Below, in pieces: positions 37,791 to 52,638 of a DNA stretch of 64,000 nucleotides (positions within the stretch are counted from its first letter, which is position 1; each line of letters begins with the position of its first letter). The notes beneath the pieces are model-generated. The model was not told where the DNA came from. It did no database searches and was given only the letters and a program-made list of their open reading frames with translations. The stretch is taken from NCBI GenBank assembly GCA_030141605.1, contig JAQGDQ010000141.1, positions 1 through 64,000 of the forward strand, read 5' to 3'. This DNA is from Tubiluchus corallicola (taxonomy: Eukaryota; Animalia; Priapulida). Position numbers and translations under genes: made by a program.

Positions 37791-39789
37791 CTTCTTGTAC
37801 AACAAGCGACAGTTGAAGATGTTCTCCATTAAATCACTATTGATCACAGCTTAAGAGGCTTGTTAATGATTAAATCTACCTGTACTCAGGCGCTACGAAA
37901 TTTCGCTTCCGAATCGGACAACAGCTTTCCACTACTTCGATTTTCACTTGCGCATGTGAATCGGCAGCTGACGGAGACGGAGTGTCGTAAATAGTCGTCT
38001 CCTGTTTGAATTTTTATTCACTCTTTTCACCATCGAACTCCACCTAAAATTGCCGTTGAAATTTCCATTAACCCATTCAGCTGGGATTTTTCCACAAATC
38101 GAAGGCAAAGTGCTTTTGTCACCTAGGAGTTGTCCTGTTCAATTTGCTCATCAAATACGTGCGCCATGAAGACATTTTCAGCTAGTCTCGTAAGGACAGT
38201 CGAAGTTAATCCTGCGCCGGTGGCCACAGTTCGCCAAAAGTAGTTTCTCCTGTGAGAGTTAATAAATTAATATTATGATTTTAATCTAAATTTCAGTCAT
38301 AAATTAATCAAAAATAAAGATTTAATCCGAATTAGGTCGAATCACTCATGAACGAGCTAACACTTGAAATGCTAAAATTGGTTGCCCAGCTATAAGGAAT
38401 GAACTTTAGACTGCCTTGATCACTTGGAATACAGTGGCTTAGTGTCTAAGGCGTCAGCCTTGTAACATAAGGCCCATGGTAGCAAATTTTCACATGCGAT
38501 GTCTTTCAAGTCTAACATAGAAACTACCTGATTGTGGGTTCGCTTCTTTGGAGTTAATAAAGTTCCCGTGTCCCATAGCGCCTAAAAAAAATTTTTAGTA
38601 AAGAACCTATTAAATTATCTTTGTGTTCATTTGTACGTATGTAATTGCATAAAGACTCGTCGACAAGAACAACAAAACGGTAGATGAATAATGCAATAAA
38701 ACTTAAAAACGTTTTCCGTTTACCACTTAACAGGCCTACTACTAAGTGTTTACTAAGTCTTGAGTGTAAGTTTCATGTTGAACTTGCTGACTGAAATTTT
38801 TAAATCGCAACACAAATGTTATGCAGTTATGCATCGCTAAATTTGGGCTCATTTTGATAAAAGTGCACAGTCGCAATGTATTAGTTACGATTACAATAGG
38901 CCTTCTTTTTGTTCTGATAAAATTTCCACAAATAATCTTAAACGATAGCAATTACACGTATTGCTACGTATCTATTATTATTTTCTTCACGCGAAAATGC
39001 GTCTTTGCGAAAATTTACACCAGCCCTATGGTATTATTTTATCACGACCGTAACGAATGTGTGAAAATCTGCCATGTAATTACCTGTGTGCTTTACGCAA
39101 TTAACATTGTGGCTTTAGCTATTTTTGTGCATAATCAGTTATGTCACTAGAGCATGAACTATCGTATTGTTGCACATCTTATGGACATGTACATGTATTC
39201 TGCCTTTAAATGTTTTACTGTCAGTGAGACGTTTCATTGCAAATGTCTTTAGCCTTCCTTATTGTACAATATGTCAGGAAATGAGAGCCCTGCCATAGAT
39301 TGGCAGCCACCGGGGTCAACTTTGTGCATTTTCGGGGTAAGTTTTTTCTCTTTCTCCTGTTCCCATGGTCCTTTTTGAGAACATGGACCTGTGTCACCCT
39401 TGAGCAATTTGAAATATTAGACAAAAATGTTAAAAGACTAAAGAAGCACGTACTATGACAAACGAAAACTACCAGAGCTTTTTTAGCAAAGAAACTGGGT
39501 GGGATATCCACCCAGTTCGCCTCCCTTATATCATCTGTAGACCCGATCCCTTTTACACACCCAGTGTTTGTAATTTTGTAATAGTGTTGCAGTTTGTCAT
39601 TTTCCAACTTCAGGTTTGTATTTTCAAGTGTATTATTAACTGCTAAAATTAATGTTGGTGTCGTATAAGAATCAGTTATTGTGACAGAACAAATCTGAAA
39701 ACTGTATTGTTGAATGGCAACAAATGTGAATTGAATCAAATGATTTGATCATCTTTTAAGTAAAGACTCAAGGTGTATAAAAACACTGT

Positions 39790-40010
39790 AACTTGTCATT
39801 AAATTTTGTTTCAACAAAAATAAGTTACTCTAGAGCACAAAAGCTGTTTCAAAGTGCTGTTACATTCCTCCAAGATGTGCTCAAATGCAGTAAAATGCAT
39901 TGGCGGCAAGGCCTCCGCCCCAGGTCCCACAGGGGGCTCACAACACTCTCCCATACCCTCTAACTGCCTGGTGATCCTTGAGTAAAATATCCCCTCCCGT
40001 CATACCTTGT
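39790..40010 (+). mobile_element. Fragment of a widespread invertebrate non-autonomous repeat
   Basis: aaaatgcattggcggcaaggcctccgccccaggtcccacagggggctcacaacactctccc resembles the recurrent GGCTCCGCCCCGGACCCCGCTGGGGGAGCTTACAGCGCTCCCC motif (from memory). Confidence 0.45.
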
Positions 40011-41996
40011 TAAAAAGGCTCTGCTACAGTTAAAAGTAATCACAAGTAAGCATAAATGCGCTTTTTAATATCTTAATTATTGTAATATTTATTCTTCGTG
40101 TATTTATTTAAAAATTCTTTCAACTCCCTGTTGACAGAAATCAACATGGTTCATGAAGAAATGAGCCAAGGCACCATTAACGACGAAAAAACACGTAGTA
40201 CTGTCAATTGACGGCTCTCAGAGATACTAAATATTAAGTTAAATGAATCTAAACTGTGAAACATACTGAGAAAATAAATCGAAATCGATAAGCACGTGCT
40301 CCAGTAAGTGTAAACAAATTTCGAGTTGTAATCGTAAGACGAAAGGTTCCTAGTTCAAATCCAGGGCCACTCCACTTTTTCACCTTTCCTTGTTATTAGA
40401 CAAGTTTGTTTTCAAAAGTTAACAATTTTGTATTCATTCCGTATTTTATATTTTTTGCCCACGTTTTTTTTTTCTTTCTCGCTGGTTACCTGTTCGTTTT
40501 AATTTCTGTGGAGCAATCATTTCCTGACACCCATTAGTAAATGAAAAGTTACGATAAACATTAACTTTAATTTGTTAGGAGAGTGTGTCGGCTTGACAAA
40601 AGCTCGTCTGTGAGCACTTACCTGTGTATGCTGTAATTTAAGAATTCTGACTAACTTCATAGTATTGTTGTTGTTGTTTTTGTTGATGTTGTTATTGTTA
40701 TTGTTATTGTTGTTGCTGTTGCTGTTGCTGTTGCTGTTATTCTTGCTGCTGCTGCTGTTGCTATTATTGTTGTTATTGTTATAAATCTTTTATTAATGTT
40801 ATCTTCATCATCATCATCATTAATTATTATTAATTAACCGTCTATTCATGCTAAAATTTATTAAAAACTATTTTAGTACCAAAATCTACCTTAACTTATG
40901 CACGTATAAATGGACAAGTCATGTCGCTACGAATCTTTAAAATGTCTTCTTAACTGCCGCCTCGGCCTAAATGCTTCGTCTCTTAAATTGCCCTTCGTGT
41001 AATTACTGAGTCTAAATGAAAAATAACGGTCTGCTTTCTAGAAATAAAACAGTCTCATCCCTTGGTGAATTTAGTGCTGAATTACCCCGGATATTTGTAA
41101 TTCTTTAACATTTTCAGCCGCATCACTGACAACAGAGAAAATTTCTGCTGTTCTGTGTACCTAATTGGAGGAAAGCTGCTAGGCTTTTTAAACACTAGAA
41201 TATCTCTTACTATTTTCTCTTTAAAAAAGTAAAAATCGTCCTACGTTTAACGACAGAATGAACCCATAATTGCTAAAATTTTGAAACAAATGTATTTAAA
41301 ATGAAGGAAACGTTGAAAATTTCAATCAATTTCGTTTGTTTTTTCTTTTTTTGCCGTCTTCCTATTTATTAATTTTGATTCGTTTTCCTAGTATTCCTTA
41401 CAGTTTGGGTTGCATTATTGATACTTGGTATTTCAATTCGTGCCAATGAGCATTTTAACGCAATTTAAACAATTTAAATAAAAGAGGTGTAGAATCTAGT
41501 CAATTGGACATGGAATTACCAAAGTATATGAACAATTGAACGGTTTTATTGCTTTATAAAAATTAAAATAACTTACTCGAATTGTTTATAATATTAGCGG
41601 TCTATAAGTTTACGATATTCGAGTTATTCTATTAAGTTTTGCTGTTATTATATTAAATATTATTGTTATCTCTAGCCGCCATCTTATAAATGTCTGAAAT
41701 GCACTAAACGTAACGCTTGGTATCGTTCATTGGGATTTCAATTTTTTTACTATTAATTCCATCAGATTTGTCATTATTCTCAGTGAGTTCATAGACAAGA
41801 TCCATAGCAGTCGGAGAAGGCTAGAGTTCAGCAACAAGATGCCCACTTGGTAGTTGGATTGTATAATTAATCAAAGAGGTGGCAAGGGAGAAAGTAGGTG
41901 TTTTTTAATTGATTCGATTTGGTTTTTCCTCCGGGTTTTCCTCCATTTTCCTAGATGAAAAAAGTTTCACTTTCTTCACTTGTGAGTTTCTCCGTG

Positions 41997-42660
41997 TTAA
42001 AGGACGAGAAAAGGGGTACCTGAAGTAGTTTTCAAAAAATTCGCCCTGAAAAATTATATTACTTTATAGCAATTTTGTGCACATATCGTACTCGCATTGA
42101 AAGGAATTTTTATTTGTTTTCATTTAAAATCTCCCGCATTACTGTTCCGAGGTCGCCATTACATGACGTCACAACGCAAACGTAAATCAGAGGAAGAAAA
42201 GGCAATGTTAAATTATGTCCCAGAAAAACTTTCCATGCAAATCTATATTACTTAGCATTTCGCTTGCGTGCTTGAAAGACTTATGTAACTAGAAATAATA
42301 ATTTAAAATGTTTGTGCCAATTGGTAAAATGTCGCTGATTCGCCCTCCTCACTAACCAAAAACGCATTTTTAATCTTATTGACAAGTTACAGTAACTTAA
42401 AATTTTACTCAGTTAGTGACGTGTGCTGCGCATGCTCAGATTATTTTTCAAACTTCACGCAATGTTGTCTAAACTTATTTCAAACGACCTACCATTAAAA
42501 TGGCTGTGCCTAACGGTCATCGCGGGAGTTTAAATTTACATGTTTTATACAGCGTTACTGCCGATGAAGTCCTGTACGTAACAAGGCAGTATGTAAGTGA
42601 TATAGAATTTCGAGACGAATTTTTAAGCTTTGTGTATATGGAGGGTTTTCTTGTGCTTTA
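41997..42660 (+). mobile_element. Family B element, TTAA|AGG end and body
   Basis: ttaaaggacgagaaaagggg start; aaaatggctgtgcctaacgg shared with other copies. Confidence 0.55.
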
Positions 42661-42689
42661 ACAACTTCACAATGGGTACCCAAGGTCCC

Positions 42690-43310
42690 AGTTGCCCAAC
42701 AAACCACGTAGGAGGTTATCCGAGTTTAATAACGATTTCTTTGTTTCGGTGAGGAAGGTGCAGAAATTGCTAATAGCTTACAGTGTGTGGAAAACTGACG
42801 GCAAAGCACCGTACCTCAAACATCTATAGTTATCAAAACTGCCCTGAACTTAAATAATCATTGGATCGCCCAGTCAAAAGTCCGCTTACCATTTGTATTA
42901 TCAATGAAGGGAGGGTAGTAAGATAAATTACTTCTGAGTCTTGAATTTGCAAAAAGTTGCTAAATTGCTGGCCGTCTAGCCAGCTTTTCCTGCTTATGCC
43001 TAACCGCAAAATGCTATTCGGAAGCGTTCTGCATTTCAAATAATCCTTGCTAAGAGTTGTTAAGTTCAAAAGCATGATTGATGCCGGCATTTTGCTCTGC
43101 AAAATATTCGAAATTGATAAAAGGGAGAAAATAAAGAAAATTCCCGAGTTCGTCTGGCGTTTTAAAAGACGGTCAAATGCGGAAATCTTGTTTACCGGAT
43201 TAAGGGCTGGTTTCGTTGCAACGAACACCGAAGAGCATCTTAATAAGAAAAGACGGAATTAAGAAGGCTTTTAGCTAAAGCAATTCCTGAGTGTATTAGC
43301 AGATTAAGTT
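42690..43310 (+). mobile_element. Highly decayed CR1/L2-type ORF2 fragment upstream of the RT core
   Basis: Collinear remnants FNNDFFVSV, EIANSL, LDRPVKSPLTICIINE, GENKENSR...LVYRI across stops and frameshifts. Confidence 0.4.
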
Positions 43311-44480
43311 GCTACTAAACTAAAGCTATTATTTCAGTTAGTTTTGTTTCCGTTAAGCCCTTATCTTATTTGCTATAACACTCACCTAAAACACTGTAAT
43401 ACTCAACTATAACAGTAAAAAGTGTTGTAACGCTACGTAGTTATTTAACGGCATCAGCATCAGAAACAGTATCATCATCATCATCAACAGCATCAGCAGC
43501 AACAACAGCATCAGCAGCAACAACAGCAGGAACAGCAATAATAGCTGTAGCCGCAGGAGCTTAATGTTGCCTGGCTAAATGCTATAATTTTAATTTTTGC
43601 CTATATTTCTCGCCTCGGTGCTCAACTATGGAAAAAGTCTTTTGCACAGCGATTTCCTATGTAGAGCAAAGCAAACATTTCCTCGCTGTCAATAATTGAA
43701 TTTTTCTCCTTTTGTAACGGAACCTCTCTTTTTAATGATATCGTTATTCAAGTAACGATAAAGATGCTGTTAATTCTTGTGCGAAGTTGCAGGGGCATTT
43801 AAACGTATTATCTAAATGTAATATTTTAGTTCAGTTAGCAGTATGTGTGTATTGATTATTTGATATATATCAAAACTTAAAACTGAACTATCCATCGCTT
43901 GTAATGAAGTTAAATCTACGCGATGAAATCAAATTTAACAATAACAATTTATTACATCGGACATAATACTTCAAAAACTCCCTAGGTGTTATAGGTAATC
44001 TGGAGAATTAGACTAAATTTGACTATTAGACACAACAGTCCAGACTATACAAACACAAGACCAGTTAGAAATATTGTAGTTTACTGACACAAATTTATCT
44101 AGGCGTAGTACATGTTGTGTACATAATGTTGCGGTTGAAATGTTAGTTCAAACAATTAAGTGTCGAAAATTTCGGTCTCTCGAGAGAAATCGCTTGCGTC
44201 AGTAACATAACGGATTTTATACGAAGGGATCAATTCATCATATATTTTAGCACACAAAGGTTCAAACCCGGGTTAAGTCTTAGTGTCACTATGCCTCGAG
44301 TAAAAGTCTCAAGTTTATAGTGGCTAAGGCGAATTTCAAGATTCATTTTTTTTAATATGGTTCTCAAGATTGCGGCTGGTGCTAATAAATTGCCTTTATT
44401 TATTTTGATTTTACTGTGTTTATTGCTCCAGCTACCAGTTTAAGCCAAAATGCAATTCAAGTTTCCAAACATTGATTTGT

Positions 44481-45200
44481 GAGTCTAAGACGTGTCTTAA
44501 GTTGTTGACACGCGCATCCAAGTCAAGTCTCAGTGTCATTGACATGCGAGTTTAAGACAAGTCTTGAGTTGTTGACACATGCATCCAAGTCAAGTCTCAG
44601 TGTCATTGATATGCGAGTCTAAGACAAGTCTTAAGTTGTTGAAGCGCATCCAAGTCAAGTCTCAGTGTCATTGACATGGGAGTCTAAGACAAGTCTTAAG
44701 TTGTTGATACGCGCATTCAAGTCAAGTCTCAGTGTCATTGACATGCGAGTTTAAGACAAGTCTTGAGTTGTTGACACATGCATCCAAGTCAAGTCTCAGT
44801 GTCATTGACATGCGAGTTTAAGACAAGTCTTGAGTTGTTGACACATGCATCCAAGGCAAGTCTCAGTGTCATTGACATGCGAGTCTAAGACAAATCTTAA
44901 GTTGTTGACACGCGCATTCAAGTCCAGTCTCAGTGTCATTGACATGGGAGTCTAAGACAAGTCTTAAGTTGTTGACACGCGCATCCAAGTCAAGTCTCAG
45001 TGTCATTGACAATCGAGTCTAAGACAAGTCTTAAGTTGTTGACACGCGCATCTAAGTCCAGAGTCAGCGTCATTAGCAAGCCAGTCCAAGTCAAACCTTG
45101 AATTACGAGTACACGAATCCAAGTCAAGTCTCGAATCATTGACCCACGACCAAAAGTCAAGTCTCGAATCCATTGAAATGCGGCTCCAAGTCAACTCTGT
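44481..45200. repeat. 67-bp minisatellite (~9 units) decaying into CCAAGTCAAGTC motifs, likely subterminal repeats of a hAT-like element
   Basis: Units start 44481, 44548 and so on; ends caagtcaactctg. Confidence 0.85.
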
Positions 45201-47009
45201 TGTCACAACAGGCGAGACAAACCTCAACTTGGTGGGATGCGAGGTGGAAGTCGAAGACGAGTCAAGATAATATTGCCCTGTTTTTGACAGTATAGCAACG
45301 ATAATCATTTCTTGAAAGCGTAGCTTTGCATGTACTGTTATAAATTTAAAACCTCGATCAACTCAAGTCTTTTTCTTTTTGTATAAACTATAGATTCTCA
45401 AACTTTCTCAGAGATAACTCATTGTTAAAATGTTAATGTTGTGGATGCTCCCCTGAATTCCTTACCATGTTTACCTATTTGCTGTGATGACTGACAACTG
45501 GCCATCTGCAAATAATGGCTACCTCTATTAAACGTATTATCTAAATGTAATATTTTAGTTCAGTTAGCAGTATGTGTGTACTCTTAGCATTAATGCTCTT
45601 AATACCTACGCATCCCAGGTATTTATATCTGTGGTACTTTATAGTATCACATTTGCATACGTCAGAAATGGCAAACCCTCAAGTGTGATTAAAAGCTTGG
45701 GAAAAACAGTGGACATTATTAAATCATTTCCTCACTAGCAGGCATGGATGGAGTAGGGATTTCAGGGGCTTAAGGTTGCCAACAAGCGAAGAGCCTAGAA
45801 GAAAGGACTCGTGTATAGGTCCAATTGTCATCAAACTTTTCGGAAACTATAAAAAAAATAATTATTATGCAACTGTTATTCGGCTTTTGTATAGGCTTAT
45901 CAGCAGCCTTTGTCGTTACTTGTGATGAATGGAAATGTTTTTTTGTCATGCCTTTTCGCCTCGGTTTACCAAAAGACGAGTTTTTGTTTTGCTTTGCTTT
46001 TGATAAATTCTTTTACCTTTTGTTGAATTGCGTTTGCTTTATAAAATTTTCGCTTGGGTTTCATTTTTTTGATATAATTTTTTGGTATAAGTTAAATTCC
46101 GTTTTGCATTGCTTGTGATAACTTCCTTTTATTCTGAGTGGAATTGCGTTGTTGCTTTGAGTTGATTTTTGTTGCTTTTGTTTGATATTATTTTTTGCTC
46201 TACATTGAATTTAATTAATTTTGTGCTTAATGTTATGCCTTGTTATGCTTTGAATTGCATTTCTGCTTTGAGTTGATTTTTGTTGCTTTTGCCTTTTATA
46301 TATACACAAACACCTAAAAAATGTCATGAGCCTGCAAGTAAACTTGTATTTCTAATAAGGGCCAGCTGACCAAGTGACCAACAGGTCTTTCGCTGCTCCT
46401 TCTCAGTTGCAATGAAATGTAAAAATAATTATGTCGAATTTTAACTGCTATTGAGAAAATAAATTGAATTGAATTGTTCGTCACTGAGGCTACCTCTGAT
46501 GAGGATTCTGACACTTTAGACAAAGAAAAGTATACTGCGCATGTCTTAATGTCCCCCTCTTTACAACTGTGGAATTCATGCGTCTAAACGGCTTATGTGT
46601 CCAAATAACCCACATGTCCAAATAATCTATGTGTCCGAAGCAGACAATGTCCAAGTTGCCCATGTGGCCAAGACTGCCTGTGCCTGCGTGTTTTGTGGAG
46701 CAGCATCCTGCGTCCAAATGTGTGGGTCTACAATGAAAATTTAAAAATTTTATGTGCAATGTAAGAATCAGTCGTTCACGTGCTTACTGGCATTGCACAA
46801 CAAGGAAAACAAATATAAGCTGCTTGTCTTTAGCATGTATCCTGTTTACTAAATAGCATTACCTCTGTCTATTGCTAATCTGTCTCAGCACTCCGAGGGC
46901 CTATCAAAATTTAGGGCCTGAGGCTATAACTGTATTAGTCCTATTGCTAGTAGCAGACAACCTAAATTAGATTAGCTTATAATTTTAATGAAAATTATTG
47001 TTTTCGCAG

Positions 47010-47227
47010 GTAAAGGTGTGCAGCTAGTTCAAAAGAAGAAAACGCTGTTCCCAGGTTGGAATACTTGTTTCGATGCTCACACTTATAAAGGTCGCGTGAT
47101 CAATTTTATTGTCATGGATCGAACTGGGGCTTCGACTCCTGCTAAAAAGGTGGCAGACATTACACTAAGTCTCAGTATACTTGCTGACAAGTGCTCCAAT
47201 CACGCTAATAACACTGCAAGTATTCCA
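47010..47227 (+). CDS. PRKCD: Novel PKC coding exon 2 (novel C2 core)
   Basis: GKGVQLVQKKKTLFPGWNTCFDAHTYKGRVINFIVMD...LADKC matches PKC-delta [26 protein letters not shown]; acceptor ttttcgcag phase 1; donor gtaagt at 47228 phase 0. Confidence 0.95.
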
Positions 47228-47962
47228 GTAAGTAAATCCTCTCCATTTTTGAGCTAACGAAACTAACATTAATTTTTATTCTTGCAAAAGAAAAATACTG
47301 CATAAATGCATTTTAATTGTATTTATGCCTAAAGAATCAGAGTCGAGTGGCAAAAGCTCCATCTGTCCAGGATTTGAACTCGTCGCCATTTGCGTGCTGG
47401 CTCAACTCGTTAAGTACAATCGATCCATAGCATTTATACAATATCGTTCAATATTCTTCAAGGAAGTTTTTACAATTTAGGTCATTAGTGAGTTTATGCG
47501 TTCATGAGTCTTTTAATCAAATCTTTTATTAGTCACTTTTCCAACAGGTGGCAGCACTCAATTGCTTTTTCCGGCAAATTTCCTGCATAAGTAAGTAAAC
47601 TAGAAAATAAGTAGACCTAAGTGAGGCCAAAGTAAAATAATTAAGCAATGAAAAAAGGAACTGAAACGGAAGGAAGAAATAAAATAGTTAACTAAGAATA
47701 AGCCAGTGAACTGAAAGAAATATAAAAGAAATGGCTTACTGATTGATGGTTAGAGGTAAATGGGGTTCTGAAACGTTCTTAATCTTGTATCTGCCTTAGT
47801 GAATCTCTGCTTTAGAAAACCTTTTTGAGAAAACTTTCCGTTTTCTCTGCTTTCATTGTTACCGTTCAATACATTGAGATGGGACATGAAGCTGTTTAAT
47901 GAATTGTACGGGTTTAAGGCGTCCAGAAAAATGAAAACAGCTTTTGTGTTTAATAGCTCGAA

Positions 47963-48580
<618 letters not shown>

Positions 48581-49371
48581 AATTAAATCTCAGACAAAAT
48601 ATGATCATACAGATTCAATGCTAAATTCACTGAACTTAGAATTCAACTTCTGGAGATATTTTTGGTTATAATTCAAATTTCTGTTAAACTGTACACTCTT
48701 GTAACGGTAAACAAAAACACAAGACAGTCTAAAAACGCACAAATACAGTTATAAGTAAATACTAACAGAATCCTTACAATAATTTAGGTAAGCAAAGAAT
48801 GTATGCACAATAAGTTATTGCTATCGAAAAATCCAAGTGTCTTTTTTATTTAACGCAATGTAATCAGTACACGAAAACTCAAATAATTGATGAACAATTC
48901 AAACAGATATCAATGAAAAGTTTGATTTCTCAACTGTGTAAGTGTGTATACGCATTTAGCTTAAATAAATCTTTTATTTTACATTATTTTTACATAACGT
49001 AAATCCCTCTAATTACAGGGTATTCTGACAATAATTAAATCACAACAGTATAAAACTTCACAAACAATGTCAAAAACGTGTCACATCTGAAGTGTAAGGT
49101 AAGGTTAGTAAATCATGGGTGGAGCTTTGTGTAAAAAAGTGTATTAGGAAAATCACGTAAAATTAGCTGTGAACATGAGGAAGTATGTACAAGGATGGAT
49201 GGTAAATTTCTGAATGACGGCTTTAAAACGGGTCTGCAAACAAGTTAAATATTAAATTTATGTTGATTTACATTCCAAACAATGTCCACAATTATTTGGA
49301 CTATACTGACCATACGCTCAACATGGTGATAAGATTATGATCTACTACACACATCTAGGTATATAAGTATA

Positions 49372-49757
<386 letters not shown>

Positions 49758-49869
49758 TAGGTATCATTAATAGACAACCATGTTTTTACAATCAACTCAT
49801 TTACAATTTCAACAAATATATTGCACACATTTTTGTCTCTGAAACGATTTAATGTCCTTTAAATCCATA

Positions 49870-49990
49870 CTTGAAATTTGTGCACCTGCATGTGTGCTCG
49901 TAGATCATTACGCACAAGAGGGCAACTGAACACTAAACGGTTTGTTGTTTGATCGTCTGTACCAACTCCTGGTATCCGACAGTCCGACAA
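49870..49990 (-). mobile_element. Possible I/Ingi-type LINE C-terminal zinc-knuckle fragment
   Basis: DCRIPGVGTDDQTTNRLVFSCPL resembles CxCG...QTxxHxxxxCP. Confidence 0.35.
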
Positions 49991-50369
49991 TATAAAAAAA
50001 TGCTTGCAGCCTCTTCCTAGTAACAAGGTCAACGCCGCTAGCTTGTATGAGGAAAACAGTAATGAGACTGTTTTCACTAAACCTAGCAATAGCTTACTCT
50101 GGGGATTGATCGTAACGGTTACACTCCCCAAAAAAGAAAATCTTTATGTACAAATGCTATTGCGAAATGGGAAATTGAAAATCAGGAACCGAACGTTAAA
50201 GGCGCGTGTTTTATTTAGATTTACGGTAAGCGTCTCGAGATTTTGCATTAGGCAAATGTCAAACGGAAATTTTACAGCAAAGAAACAATTGAGAATACAC
50301 GATTTAATCGCGCGTAATGATAAAGCGAGGTTACTCTGAATCTCCTGAATCGTGCTTCGTTGTATTCGA

Positions 50370-50700
50370 GGAACTGTATTTAGACCTTGACGTGTTCTTT
50401 AGTCGTGCAATAACCAATAATACTAGTCGGAATGATCCCCTAAAATTATATGTTAGACCTGCTCCCAAAACTAGTTTTGCTCATTATTTTTCATTTCATG
50501 TTGTACCTATATGGAATCCCTTACCATCACACATAAATGGACATCCTTTAGTAACTGCCATGAAAACAAATTATTCCGGAAACGTTTAAATGCTTTGGAT
50601 TTAAACCAGTACTTATTTTATAATAGGCAAATGTTGACAAATTTCATTGTATAATATTATTTTAATTGGAATATTCTGCAAATAAAACTGTAAAGTTGAA
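50370..50700 (+). mobile_element. CR1-type LINE 3' end
   Basis: FFSRAITNNTSRNDPLKLYV...HYFSFHVVPIWNPLP, then UTR ending in aaataaaa. Confidence 0.75.
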
Positions 50701-51256
50701 TATATTACAAGGCGTATGTACATGTCTGTGCGTCACTTCCGCACCCTATGACTATTTTTATTGATTGACAATGATTTAATGTTTTTATTGGTTTTATTGT
50801 AATCCTTTTATGGATGTCAAATAAACTTACTAAAACTTAAACTGTTGCAGTAATTGTTTGCTAGAAAATAGGACTCATTAAAGTTTGAATGACAGAATTG
50901 AAGACAGAATTCAACAGTCTTTGAACATTCGTCTCGCATCACTGAACAGGAAACCGTTTCCCAATACACTGATCATATCACTTTTAGGGTCAGAACTTAT
51001 AGCTATCATTTCAACCATACGAGTCCATAAGCCATTAATGCTAAAATATGATCTCTGCCCGCCAATAGTCAAGCTTCTGTTTCCTTCTGATATATAAACG
51101 ACGTCTTGAAATGAAGATTCAGTAGGTTTAAATGACCCACTATCAACTTTGCAATTGCAGAAGATAATTGATAGCGCAACTAGCACCTTAGAGCGATTCA
51201 ATCTGATAATGTGCAAGTGAACAGTTTCGATCAGGATTCATTGTAGACTATTGAAT

Positions 51257-51507
51257 TATCAATCAATCAATCGATCGATCAATCAATCAACCAATCGATT
51301 AACCAACCAATCAATCAGTCAGTCAGTCAGTCAATCAATCAGTTATTCAACATATCAGTCAATCAGTTAATCAATCTGTATATAATCAATCATCCAACCA
51401 GTCAGTCAATTAATCAATAAATCAAACAATCATCAATAATTCATCAATTTGTCAATCACTCAATCATTCACCCAATCAATTAATCAATCTCTCAATCAAT
51501 CAATCAG

Positions 51508-51589
<82 letters not shown>

Positions 51590-51710
51590 CGTCAGTCAGT
51601 CAATTAATTAATCAGTCATTCAGTCAATCAATCAATCAATCAATCAATAACTGATCGATCAACCAATCAACCAACCAATCAATCAGTCACTCAATAACAA
51701 CCAACCAATA
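51257..51710. repeat. (TCAA)n/(TCAG)n degenerate microsatellite
   Basis: Direct reading. Confidence 0.93.
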
Positions 51711-52327
51711 CGCTACACAGATAAGCAAAACTTTATTCAGTCATCAGTGGAATGACCATAATTTTCTACGCTTCTGTGAACGTGATGTTGTTGCTGTTGT
51801 TGCAGGTTTTAGATTCTGCAATCTAGAAAATGAAATTTTCTAGCTCACACTCTCAGCTTACCATTGTAAAGCATTAATAGTTTCCCTTCGCTGTTGTCTA
51901 TCATCCATCAATCAAGAAATGTTTGTATTTTAAACGAAGAAGTATATTGTGTGACAAAAGACCTTTAAAATTACACACCTCACACTTGTTAGAAAATAAC
52001 CTATCACATTTACTAAGAAACCTTTTTCAGGCTTTTACAATGTTTTTATTTCCTCCGCTGTTTTAACTAAATTTTGACTTTTCGTCTATCTTTCCGGTAA
52101 TTGTTTTGCTTGAAGCCACACTATTTTAGAACACGCAGATGAAAAGGACTGACGCAGAAAGAGTTAATTTGAAAGCTGAAAAGGCCGGTGGCGACATCTG
52201 TGCGCTGAGGCTATAATTACATAGTTGATAGTTCATAGATGCATGAAATTTTCAATTCTAATGGCAAGTGTGTTTAGCTCGCAGTCTCTCGCTTTTTCTA
52301 ACGCATAAATTCATTACCTTCTTGCAG

Positions 52328-52391
52328 TTGGAACTAAAGCCCAGTGGTATTCTGCATTTACATGTTCGACATTTCTCCATCACGGAACAAG
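52328..52391 (+). CDS. PRKCD: Novel PKC coding exon 3 (end of C2), not in the ORF track
   Basis: ccttcttgcag acceptor; LELKPSGILHLHVRHFSITEQ corresponds to PKC-delta LDLQPQAKVLMSVQYF; donor G|gtatga; phases 0 and 1 fit both neighbours. Confidence 0.88.
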
Positions 52392-52482
52392 GTATGAATA
52401 CAGAGTTGATCGCAATGTACTCAATTTAATCATAGGTTACACTTAGTGTGACAGCCATTGATGACTGTAGATAATATTTTAA

Positions 52483-52638
52483 AGCAAAACCGGACCGAAT
52501 GTTAAACTGTAGGTCAAAAAAATCTACTCCTTAAAATATTGAAAGGAAACACACTATTTTTCAAAAACTACATAGTTTTTAATCTACTATTTAATTATCA
52601 GAAACACTTTTGCAGTATTAATTGTGTTAAAATGTATA
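52483..52638 (-). mobile_element. Family A Kolobok-like deleted copy
   Basis: ttaa|agcaaaaccggaccgaat end joined to a distal internal segment. Confidence 0.7.
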
